Below are positions 1 through 7,641 of a stretch of 24,000 bases of DNA, piece by piece. Made by a program: the position numbers and the translations under genes. The stretch spans positions 45,484 to 69,483 of the forward strand of contig NZ_BAHD01000016.1 of NCBI RefSeq assembly GCF_000298215.1, given 5' to 3'. How positions within the stretch are numbered: position 1 is the first letter of the stretch; every line of letters starts with the position of its first letter. The notes under the pieces are model-generated. The model was not told where the DNA came from. It was given only the letters and a program-made list of their open reading frames with translations, and searched no databases. The stretch comes from Kineosphaera limosa NBRC 100340. Lineage in GTDB: Bacteria > Actinomycetota > Actinomycetes > Actinomycetales > Dermatophilaceae.

Positions 1-1290
1 GTCGAGCTGAGAGCAGAACTGCTCGGCGGCTCCGGAGGCCGAGCACTGCCCCGCAAGCGCCGAGATGCCTTGGGTGTACTCAGTCACCCCGGCCGAGGCC
101 CGCGAAGCGCCGGTCGACAGCGCCTGCGCGGCCTGGGACTGCCGCGCGGTGCCGTCGGTCAGCTGCTGCGCGCCGTCGGCGAGCTGGGTGGCGCCGGTGG
201 CCAGGGCCGTGCCGCCGTCGGCCACCCCTTGAGCCCCATCGGCAAGCCCGGAGGCCGAGCTGCCGAGTTGTTCGACGGCGCTCAGCAGGCCGTCGGAGCC
301 GGTCGCGAGCGCCCCGGCCTGGTCCGGCAGCGCAGCGGTCAGGCGGCGCGCCTCGTCCAGGCCCGCCGCCAGCTGCCCGGCCCCGTCGGAGAGGGCCGTC
401 GCGCCGGTCTGCAGCTTCGCCGCGCCGTCGGCGAGTTGCTTGGTCTGCGCAGGGAACTGGGCGGTGCGCTCGGCGAGCGTCCCCAGACCCGTGGCGAGCT
501 GCTGGTTGCCGTCGGCGACCTTCCCGGCGCCCGTGGACAGTTGCTGGGCACCGGTTGCGAGCTGCGCCGTGCCGGAGGCCAGTTGCGCGGAGCCGGAGGC
601 GAGCTGGCGCAGACCGACCGTCAGTTGGTGGGCGCCCTCGTCGAGCTGGCCGGCGCCGGACCGCAGCGACTTCGTGCCGTCGGCGAGCTTCTGGCTCCCG
701 TCGGCCGCTTTGACCATGTTGGTGTGCAGCGAGTTGAAGCCCAGGTAGATGCGGTCCAGGTACTGCTGGGTCAGCTCGGAGGCCGTGGCGGTCGTCATCG
801 TCGTACTGATCGCCTGGGCGATATTGCCGGCCAGGTAGCTCGTGGCGTCGTTGGTCTCCAGGCGCATCGTGGCCTGGCGGGCCTCGTCGGGCGTGGCCGT
901 CGACGTGGCAGCACTGGAGAAGGTCTTGGGGATCGTCAAGACGGCGTAGTAGGTGCCGTCCTCGAGCCCGGCCGAGGCCGTGGCGGCGTCGGTGAGTTGC
1001 CAGTCGAGATTGTTGGCGGCCTCGGAGTCGACGAGGTTGCCGGCCACGACCCGGCCCAGCGGCACCGTCTGCTTCTTGCCGTTCGCGTCGGTGACGGTGG
1101 CCGGCTCGTCGAGGTTGACGACGGCCGCGGGCACCTTGTCGAGGTTCGAGGTGACGTCGAGGTTGGACCAGATCAGCAGCCCCCCGTAGATCGAGGGCAC
1201 GGCGATGAGCGCGAGCACGACGAGCTTGCCGAAGAGGCCGCGGGAAAGCCGGGTCAGCTCCGAGCTCGAGAGGGTGGGCAGGAGGGGCAT
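1..1290 (-). CDS. YhgE/Pip-like membrane protein (partial, continues beyond window start)
   Basis: Read by hand on the minus strand from ATG at 1290: MPLLPTLSSSELTRLSRGLFGKLVVLALIAVPSIYGGLLIWSNLDVTSNLDKVPAAVVNLD..., followed by many LADGAxxLAxG-type repeats (QLATGAQQLSTGAGKVADGNQQLATGLG). This N-terminal TM plus coiled-repeat pattern is typical of YhgE/Pip. No stop before window edge. Confidence 0.88.
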   Translation of the reverse strand, partial: MPLLPTLSSSELTRLSRGLFGKLVVLALIAVPSIYGGLLIWSNLDVTSNLDKVPAAVVNLDEPATVTDANGKKQTVPLGRVVAGNLVDSEAANNLDWQLTDAATASAGLEDGTYYAVLTIPKTFSSAATSTATPDEARQATMRLETNDATSYLAGNIAQAISTTMTTATASELTQQYLDRIYLGFNSLHTNMVKAADGSQKLADGTKSLRSGAGQLDEGAHQLTVGLRQLASGSAQLASGTAQLATGAQQLSTGAGKVADGNQQLATGLGTLAERTAQFPAQTKQLADGAAKLQTGATALSDGAGQLAAGLDEARRLTAALPDQAGALATGSDGLLSAVEQLGSSASGLADGAQGVADGGTALATGATQLADGAQQLTDGTARQSQAAQALSTGASRASAGVTEYTQGISALAGQCSASGAAEQFCSQLD

Positions 1291-1295
1291 GAGGG

Positions 1296-4200
1296 TCACC
1301 TTCCCGGCGCGAGGGCGGGGTAGCAGGAGTCGAGGAGGACGACGCGCACCCGGTCGATGGGCAGCCCGGTCCAGGCGGCCACCTCGTGCTCGTCGGGTCG
1401 GTCGTGGCAGGCGACGAGAACCGCTGGGCCGGCGGCAGAGTCGGAGGCGGGATCAGCCGGGTCGACAGCCGGGTCGACAGCCGGGTCGACAGCCGGGTCG
1501 ACAGCCGGGTCGACAGCCCCGTCGACCGCCGGGTCGGCGGTGACGCCGAGCACGGCCCACAGCCCGGCCCGCTCGGCGGGGGTGGGCAGGGCGTCGAGGT
1601 CGTCGACGACGATGACGTCGGGGTCACCGATGCCGGCCAACACGATGGACAGGATGAGGCGTGGCAGCCGCCCGAGGTCGCGCACCAGCATCGTCGGCGT
1701 GATCGTCTCGAGCCCGGCGACAGCGCACGCCTCGTCGAGACGCGCCGCGATGGTGGCGACGTCGCGGGAGCGCACCCACGGCAGCATCGTGTGCGGGGCC
1801 AGCCGCTCGGCGATGTGGTCGCGCACCGACAGGTCGCCGTCCAGCTCGTTGACGCCGCCGAACTCGGCGAGCGCCGCGCGCCGCTGCACGAGGGCGGACT
1901 GCTCCGGCACGACCGCCCCGGCCACGTCGAGGTCTCCCCCGGCGATCGGCAGCCGCCCGGCGAGAGCGAGCAGCGCCGCGGTCTTGCCACCCCCCTCCGG
2001 GGCGCTGAGGACGCACACGTCGCCGCGGCGGGCATCCAGATCCAAGCCCTCGAAAACCCGCCCGCGCGGCCCGTCGACGGCGACGCCGCGGGCGTGCACG
2101 ACCCGTTCGGGGTGGGCGGCGATGGTGCCCTCGGCGGCGATCTGGTGGGCCACTCCGTGGCCCTCGACGTCCAGGTGCGGCAGCCGCCGAGCCAGCCCGG
2201 CGGGCATGGCCCAGGCGGAGTGTCCGAGCAGCATGAGGGCGGCGGGCACGAGCATCATCCGCACGATGAAGGCGTCGACGGCCACGCCCACCGCCAGCCC
2301 GAGCGCGATGGGTTTGAGGGAGGCGTCGCCCTCGGGGACGAACGCGGCGAAGACGCCGACCATGATGACCGCCGCTGCGGCGACGACCGGCGCGGAGGCG
2401 ACGAACCCCTCCCGAACAGCGGCTTTGGGGTCGCCGCGCATCGCGTAGTGCTCGTGCATGCGGGAGACGATGAACATCTGGTAGTCCATGGCCAGCCCGA
2501 AGAGCACGCCCATGAGGATGATCGGCATGAAGCTGATGACGGGGCCGGTGCGGGCCACGTTCAGCAGGTCGGCCAGCCAGCCCCACTCGAAGACGGCCGT
2601 CACCACCCCGAACGCGGCCCCGGTCGAGAGTAGGAAGCCGAGGGCGGCCGTGATCGGCACCGCGAACGAGCGGAAGACGACGAGCAGCAGCACCAGGCTC
2701 AGGCCGATGACCACCAGCCCGAACGGCACGAGGGCATCGGCCAGCCGAGCGGAGACGTCGATCTGCGCGGCCGTCTGGCCGGCGACGCGGACCCGCAGGT
2801 GGTCGGTGCCGCCCAGTTCGGGCGCCTGATCGCGCAGGCGTTGCACGAGGTCGGCGGTGGCCGGGTCGCTGGGCCCGGTGGTGGGGATCGCCACGACCAC
2901 CCCGGTGTCGGCGGTGCGGTTCGGGGTGGCGAGGGTGACCTTGGCGATGCCGGGTACGGCCGCCACGTCGTGGCGCAGCTGCTCCATGTACCCCAGCGGG
3001 TCGTTGCTGCCGATGATGTCGGCGACGATGAGCAGCGGGCCGTTCTCGCCCGGGCCGAAATGCTCGGTGACCGCGTCGTAGGCGCGTCGTTCGCTGTGGC
3101 TGATGGGTGCGGTGCCGTTGTCGGGCAGCGCGAGGCTCAGGTCTTTGGCCGGGAGCGCGACGAGCACCAAGGCGCCCGTGAGCAGCACGACCGTGGCTAG
3201 CGGCTGCCACGTGACGACGCGGATCCACCGGTCCGCCCAACGAGGACCGCCGGGCAGATCTCCGGTCGCGCGGCCACTGTCGGTGCGGCGGCGCAGGCCG
3301 AGCAGGCGGGCGCCGGTCCGACGTCGCGACGGCGCGGCGTCGCTCGCTTCGGCGTCCTCGTCGTTGTCCTCGTCGTCGTCGTCCTCGTCGTCATCGTCGT
3401 CGCTGCCCCGCGTCGGGCGAGGCCGCAGGACGGGCTCGACCCAGCGCATGAGGGCCGGGCCGATGGTGATGGCGGCGGCCACCGCGATGGCGACCGCGAC
3501 GGCGGCCGAGACGCCCATGGCCGACAGGAACGGCAGGCCGACGATGACGAGCCCCACGAGAGCGGTGACGACCGTGACTCCCGCGAAGACGACCGCGGAG
3601 CCGGCGGTGGCGGTGGCCCGCGCCGCCGCCTCGTCGCCGGCGATGCCGTCGCGCAGGTTCTCTCGGAAGCGCGACAGCAGAAAAAGGGAGTAGTCGATGC
3701 CGACGGCGATGCCGAGCATGAGGGCCAGCATGGGGGCGGTGCCGGTGAGGGCCACGAAGGCGGTCGCCAGCAGGAGCAGCAGGATGCTGACGACGGCGGC
3801 GGCCACGGCGGTGATCAGGGGCGCGGCGGCCCCGCGCACGCTGCGGAAGAACGCGAGCAGCACGATGAGCGCCAGGATCAGGCCGAGCCCCTCGACAATG
3901 CTCAGCTCGGGTGGAGCGTTGCCGAACGCGGCGCCGCCGAGGTCGACGGTGGCGGTCGGCAGATCTCGGTCCAGTGCCTGGGCCTGGGCTCGCAGCGCGT
4001 CGCGGGTGGCGGCGGTGACCTCGTGCGTATCGCCCTCGAGTTGCACGGTGATGATCGCGGCCCGGCCGTCGCTGCTGATCGGGGGCTCGGAGTTCTCAGC
4101 ACCCTCGATGGGCACGAACGGATCGACCGCGGTGGTCACCCCACCGACGGCGTCGATCCGCTGCACGGCGGCGGCCACCGCCGCCTTGGTGCCGGGAGTG

Positions 4201-4451
4201 TCGATGCGGCTGCCGGGCTCGCTGACGAGCACGATCTGCGCGCTGGTGCCGGCGAGTTCGGGAAAACGGGCGGAGAGATCGTCGAGGGTCTGCTGGGATT
4301 CGCTGCCGGGCACGGAGTAGACCTCCGAAGGCCCCTTGGCCAGCAGCCCGGCAAGTGCGCCCAGGATCACGATGAGCAACACCCAGACGAGCGCGACCCG
4401 GCCGCGCCGGTGGTAGCAGGCGCGGCCTAGGGCGAAGAGTGCAGGTGACAC
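1296..4451 (-). CDS. MMPL-family (RND-like) transporter fused to a C-terminal ABC-ATPase-like nucleotide-binding domain
   Basis: Part of open frame 1296..5273. GTG start at 4451 is preceded by GGGGAGAG; ATG at 4466 is an alternative. MMPL motifs: GIAVGIDYSLFLLSRFREN and GVLFGLAMDYQMFIVSRMHEHY. After the last TM: RVVHARGVAVDGPRGRVFEGLDLDARRGDVCVLSAPEGGGKTAALLALAGRLP (A-loop/Walker A-like), DPDVIVVDDLDAL (Walker B-like), VLVACHD (H-loop-like). Stop TGA at 1296-1298. Confidence 0.87.
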   Translation of the reverse strand: MSPALFALGRACYHRRGRVALVWVLLIVILGALAGLLAKGPSEVYSVPGSESQQTLDDLSARFPELAGTSAQIVLVSEPGSRIDTPGTKAAVAAAVQRIDAVGGVTTAVDPFVPIEGAENSEPPISSDGRAAIITVQLEGDTHEVTAATRDALRAQAQALDRDLPTATVDLGGAAFGNAPPELSIVEGLGLILALIVLLAFFRSVRGAAAPLITAVAAAVVSILLLLLATAFVALTGTAPMLALMLGIAVGIDYSLFLLSRFRENLRDGIAGDEAAARATATAGSAVVFAGVTVVTALVGLVIVGLPFLSAMGVSAAVAVAIAVAAAITIGPALMRWVEPVLRPRPTRGSDDDDDEDDDDEDNDEDAEASDAAPSRRRTGARLLGLRRRTDSGRATGDLPGGPRWADRWIRVVTWQPLATVVLLTGALVLVALPAKDLSLALPDNGTAPISHSERRAYDAVTEHFGPGENGPLLIVADIIGSNDPLGYMEQLRHDVAAVPGIAKVTLATPNRTADTGVVVAIPTTGPSDPATADLVQRLRDQAPELGGTDHLRVRVAGQTAAQIDVSARLADALVPFGLVVIGLSLVLLLVVFRSFAVPITAALGFLLSTGAAFGVVTAVFEWGWLADLLNVARTGPVISFMPIILMGVLFGLAMDYQMFIVSRMHEHYAMRGDPKAAVREGFVASAPVVAAAAVIMVGVFAAFVPEGDASLKPIALGLAVGVAVDAFIVRMMLVPAALMLLGHSAWAMPAGLARRLPHLDVEGHGVAHQIAAEGTIAAHPERVVHARGVAVDGPRGRVFEGLDLDARRGDVCVLSAPEGGGKTAALLALAGRLPIAGGDLDVAGAVVPEQSALVQRRAALAEFGGVNELDGDLSVRDHIAERLAPHTMLPWVRSRDVATIAARLDEACAVAGLETITPTMLVRDLGRLPRLILSIVLAGIGDPDVIVVDDLDALPTPAERAGLWAVLGVTADPAVDGAVDPAVDPAVDPAVDPAVDPADPASDSAAGPAVLVACHDRPDEHEVAAWTGLPIDRVRVVLLDSCYPALAPGR
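1455..1538. repeat. 12-bp tandem repeat (agccgggtcgac): 5 perfect plus 2 degenerate units, in frame, encoding (AVDP)n linker
   Basis: Direct reading: agccgggtcgac at 1455, 1467, 1479, 1491, 1503, then agccccgtcgac and cgccgggtcggc. Confidence 0.95.
3354..3404. repeat. Low-complexity tcg/tcc triplet tract encoding an Asp/Glu-rich loop (SDDDDDEDDDDEDNDEDAE) in the MMPL protein
   Basis: Direct reading of cgtcctcgtcgttgtcctcgtcgtcgtcgtcctcgtcgtcatcgtcgtcg. Confidence 0.85.
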
Positions 4452-4551
4452 CGGGTCTCTCCCCATGAGACGAAGCGGTCCGGCACCTCCCAAAGGGAGG
4501 CCAGGCGTGCGGAGGCCCGCGGGACTGCTGAGCCTGGTGCGATCGTAGCGC

Positions 4552-4590
4552 ATACACCGATGTATCGAATACAAGGATGTATCGAATACA
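4552..4590. promoter_or_regulatory. Candidate TetR-family operator array in the divergent MMPL/TetR intergenic region
   Basis: ATACA-ccga-TGTAT-cga-ATACA-agga-TGTAT-cga-ATACA. TGTATcgaATACA occurs twice (4561-4573, 4578-4590) with 17-bp period. Confidence 0.75.
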
Positions 4591-4598
4591 GTGGAGGC

Positions 4599-5330
4599 AT
4601 GGCACAGCAGCTTTCCGCGCGCCGCCGGGCGACCCGCGAGCGGCTTCTCACGGCGGCGACGATCGTCTTCGTCGAGCGCGGTGTGGTGGCCGCCACCGTC
4701 GAGGAGATCTGCGAAGCGGCCGGTTTCACCCGGGGCGCGTTCTACTCGAACTTCGCCGACAAGGACGAACTGATCGAGGAGCTGCTCGCCCGCGAACACG
4801 CCGACGTGTTGACGTCCTTGGCTGCGTTGACGGAGTCGGAGTTGCCGCACCTGAGTCCCGATGGCAGCGGTCAGGTCGATCTGACCCACCTCGTTCATCG
4901 CTTCCTGACGGCCCGACTCATCGGCCGCTCGCACTACCTGCTGCACACCGAACTCACCCTCGCGGCCGCGCGCGACCCCGAGGGCCAGCAACCCTTCCGG
5001 CAGGCCTCGGCCCGAGCCACCGAGAAGACGACGGAGGCGATCACGGAGTCGCTGCGCCGGGCCGGATTGGAGCCGATCCTGAACCCGGCCGACCTCATCG
5101 AGGTGCTCTACGGACTGTTCGAGCGCAGCAACGCCCGCGCCCTCATCGACGGCGATCCCGACGCCGACGCCCTGGCCCGCCGCGCCCTGCCCGTGGTGCT
5201 CGGCGCACTCACCCGCCCCCTGTCCTCCGGCTCCCTGACACCGGGGCTCGATCCGCCCCCCGAGCCGGCTCACGAGCCCACGAGCAAGCCCACGAACAAG
5301 CCCACGAACGAGCCCACAGCGGCGCGCTAG
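4599..5330 (+). CDS. TetR/AcrR family transcriptional regulator
   Basis: Start ATG 4599 preceded by GTGGAGG. MAQQLSARRRATRERLLTAATIVFVERGVVAATVEEICEAAGFTRGAFYSNFADKDELIEELL is a classic TetR HTH. Confidence 0.93.
   Translation: MAQQLSARRRATRERLLTAATIVFVERGVVAATVEEICEAAGFTRGAFYSNFADKDELIEELLAREHADVLTSLAALTESELPHLSPDGSGQVDLTHLVHRFLTARLIGRSHYLLHTELTLAAARDPEGQQPFRQASARATEKTTEAITESLRRAGLEPILNPADLIEVLYGLFERSNARALIDGDPDADALARRALPVVLGALTRPLSSGSLTPGLDPPPEPAHEPTSKPTNKPTNEPTAAR
5271..5318. repeat. 12-bp imperfect tandem repeat (cccacgarcaag) encoding HEPTSKPTNKPTNEPT at the TetR C-terminus
   Basis: cccacgagcaag (5277), cccacgaacaag (5289), cccacgaacgag (5301), with flanking partial units. Confidence 0.8.
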
Positions 5331-6826
5331 ACCACCTCGAAGCGCACTTTTCGGCGCGCGATGTCGGCCTGCGTCACCCGCACTCGCACCTCGTCGCCGG
5401 CTCCCACGGAGGGCCCGCTGCCGTTGCCGCCGTTGCCGCCGTTGCCGCCGTGGTCGCGGTGGTCGCGGTGGTCACAGGGACCGATGATCGCCTCGTCGCG
5501 GATCGCGACGATCAACCCCCGCTCCCCGCGGTCGTCGACGACGACCGCGTCGAACTCCTCGCCGATGCGGTCGTGCAGCTGAGCGGCCTCCACCGCGTCG
5601 GTGGCGGCGCGGTTGACGGCGGAAGCTCGCTGGTCACCGCCCCGCATGAGATCGGGAAGCTGCGGTAGCACCGCGCGCACCTCGTCGGGCACCTGTGCGC
5701 CGGCACTGAGCGCCGCGCACACGAGCAGCCCGAACCGGTCGACGAGCCGCCGCAGCGGCGCCGTGACGTGGGCGTAGGGCGCGGCGACGGCGGCGTGCTC
5801 GACCTGCTCCGGGCGCTGCCCGTCGAAGGCCGTGTACCCGGCTCCGCGAAAGAGGCTCGTCGCCTCGTGGATCAGCGCGAGGTGCCCCGGATCGTCGCGG
5901 TCCAGGCTGCGCAGGAACGCGCCGTAGCTGCGATCTTCGGGCCAGTCGGCGCCGCGCGCCCGGGCCACCCGGCGGAAGGCGGCCAGCGTCTTGTCGTCGG
6001 GGGCGGGCATGGTGCGCAGGATCCCGACGCCGCCGGCGAGCATGAGGTCGGCGGCACACATCCCCGTCAGCAGGGAGATTTGCGCGTTGCAGTCCTCGGC
6101 GGGCAGGGGCGGCCGGAACCGGAGGCGGTAGTGCCCGTTCTGCTCGTGAATCTCCTGCTCGGGCATCGGCAGGCTGGCGCCGCCCCGCTCGATCTCCGCG
6201 GCGATCCGCTTGGCCCCGACCTCGGCCAAGAGGGCCAGCACGGGCGCGGCCCGGCCGGCGTCGAGGTCGGCCTGCACGCCCGCGTAGTCCAGTTGAGCCC
6301 GGCTGCGCACCAAACCACGGCGGACGGCGACCTGCGTGGGTTGGGCGTCGGAGTCCAGGTGGATGTCCCAGACGAACGCGGGCCGGTCGACGTTCGGTAG
6401 CAGGCTCGCCGCCGCCTCGCTGAGCACCGGGGGGTGCAGCGGGCAACGCCCGTCGGGGAGGTACAGCGTCTGCGTGCGCGCCCGCGCCTCGAGGTCGATG
6501 GGACCGTCGAGGTCGACGAACGCGGGCACGTCGGCGATGGCGTACCGCAGCCGGTAGCCGGAGCCGGCCCGCTCCAGGGCCAGCGCCTGGTCAAGGTCGC
6601 GGCTGCCCGGAGGGTCGATCGTTACGAACTCCACGTCGCGCTCGTCGTGCGCCTCGTGCTCGGCGGTCGGGCGCCGGTCCGCGGCTGCGCGGGCGGCCGC
6701 CGACACCGACTCGCCGAAATCGGCGGGGATGTCGAACTCGCTGCGGATCGCCGCGAAGGCGTCGACGAGTTCGTGAGCGGCGTCGGCAGCGGCATCGGTG
6801 CGGAGCCGGACCAGCGGGTGGGTCAT
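5327..6826 (-). CDS. RNB-domain ribonuclease (RNase II/R family-like)
   Basis: MTHPLVRLRTDAAADAAHELVDAF...EFVTIDPPGSRDLDQALALERAGSGYRLRYAIADVPAFVDLDGPIDLEARARTQTLYLPDGRCPLHPPVLSEAAASLLP is the RNB catalytic core with conserved acidic residues. Confidence 0.92.
   Translation of the reverse strand: MTHPLVRLRTDAAADAAHELVDAFAAIRSEFDIPADFGESVSAAARAAADRRPTAEHEAHDERDVEFVTIDPPGSRDLDQALALERAGSGYRLRYAIADVPAFVDLDGPIDLEARARTQTLYLPDGRCPLHPPVLSEAAASLLPNVDRPAFVWDIHLDSDAQPTQVAVRRGLVRSRAQLDYAGVQADLDAGRAAPVLALLAEVGAKRIAAEIERGGASLPMPEQEIHEQNGHYRLRFRPPLPAEDCNAQISLLTGMCAADLMLAGGVGILRTMPAPDDKTLAAFRRVARARGADWPEDRSYGAFLRSLDRDDPGHLALIHEATSLFRGAGYTAFDGQRPEQVEHAAVAAPYAHVTAPLRRLVDRFGLLVCAALSAGAQVPDEVRAVLPQLPDLMRGGDQRASAVNRAATDAVEAAQLHDRIGEEFDAVVVDDRGERGLIVAIRDEAIIGPCDHRDHRDHGGNGGNGGNGSGPSVGAGDEVRVRVTQADIARRKVRFEVV
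5421..5473. repeat. Two adjacent 9-bp tandem repeats (ccgttgccg)x3 and (tggtcgcgg)x2.5 encoding DHRDHRDHGGNGGNGGNG in the RNB protein
   Basis: Direct reading of ccgttgccgccgttgccgccgttgccgccgtggtcgcggtggtcgcggtggtc. Confidence 0.88.
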
Positions 6827-6845
6827 GGTGACTACCTTAGGGACG

Positions 6846-7610
6846 GTGCTGGTCCTTCTTCCGCCCTCGCAGTCCAAGTCCGTGCGTCGCCGCGGCGCGC
6901 CGATGCGCCCCGACCGATTGTCCTTCCCCCAGCTCGCGGCCACCCGCGACCGCGTGGCCCACGCCCTCGGCCAGGTCGGCGGAGGAGTCGAGGGCGCCCG
7001 GCTGCTCGGGCTGCCGCACACATTGGCCGACCAGGTCGATCTCAACACCCGGCTGCAGCGTTCCCCGGCCGTCCCCGTGTCCGCGCTGTACACCGGGGTG
7101 CTCTACGACGCGCTGGAGGTCGCCTCGCTGACCGGGCCCGCCAAGGCGCGGGCCACGCGTTGGCTGGTCGTCGTCTCCGCGCTGTACGGGGGGCTGCGGA
7201 TGCGCGACGCGGTGGGGCCGTACCGGCTGTCGATGAGCACCACCGTGCCCGGTCTGCCACCGCTGGCGCGGCTGTGGCGCCCCGCGCTGGCGCAGGCCCT
7301 CGGCGCGGCAGCCGGACGGGGGCTCATCGTCGACGGACGCTCCTCCGACTACGTCGCCGCCTGGAAGCCCGCGGGTGAGCAGGCGACGCGCTGGGTGCAC
7401 ATCGCGGTGCCGGGCGCGACGCACGGTGCCAAGCACACCCGGGGGCTGGTGGCGCGGGCGATCTGCGAACACGGGCTGGACGCCCGCACCCCGGTGGCGC
7501 TGGCCCGCGATCTCGCGCAGGTCACGCAGGGGCGCCTGGGGGTCGACCTCGACGAGCCCGCGCGGGCCGGGGCGCCGTGGCAACTGCGGGTGACGCACAA
7601 GGTGTGGTGA
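6846..7610 (+). CDS. yaaA: YaaA-like (DUF328/UPF0246) peroxide stress-type protein
   Basis: VLVLLPPSQSKSVRRRGAPM...LYTGVLYDAL...LVVVSALYGGLRMRDAVGPYRLSMS...VDGRSSDYVAAW. N-terminal LVLLPPSxxK, SALYGxLxxxDxVxPYRL motifs. GTG 6846 best matches family N-terminus; ATG 6825 possible. Confidence 0.85.
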   Translation: MLVLLPPSQSKSVRRRGAPMRPDRLSFPQLAATRDRVAHALGQVGGGVEGARLLGLPHTLADQVDLNTRLQRSPAVPVSALYTGVLYDALEVASLTGPAKARATRWLVVVSALYGGLRMRDAVGPYRLSMSTTVPGLPPLARLWRPALAQALGAAAGRGLIVDGRSSDYVAAWKPAGEQATRWVHIAVPGATHGAKHTRGLVARAICEHGLDARTPVALARDLAQVTQGRLGVDLDEPARAGAPWQLRVTHKVW

Positions 7611-7641
7611 GGGCGCCGCCTTCGATGAGTGCAGGTGTCGA

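Noticed and set aside
1455-1538. Possible CRISPR-like array (also 8283-8354)
   Set aside because: Units are 12 bp with no spacers and are in frame inside coding sequence; simple tandem repeats.
80-2035. 651-aa minus-strand ORF with a repetitive STRLSTRLSTR segment, and plus-strand ORF 70..1323
   Set aside because: Out-of-frame shadows of the YhgE and MMPL-NBD genes; the repeats come from reading the 12-bp minisatellite and YhgE repeats in other frames.
4452-5273. Upstream extension of the minus-strand 1325-aa ORF beyond the MMPL start
   Set aside because: Antisense to a clear TetR gene and passing through the operator array; GTG 4451 has a good SD and fits the MMPL N-terminus.
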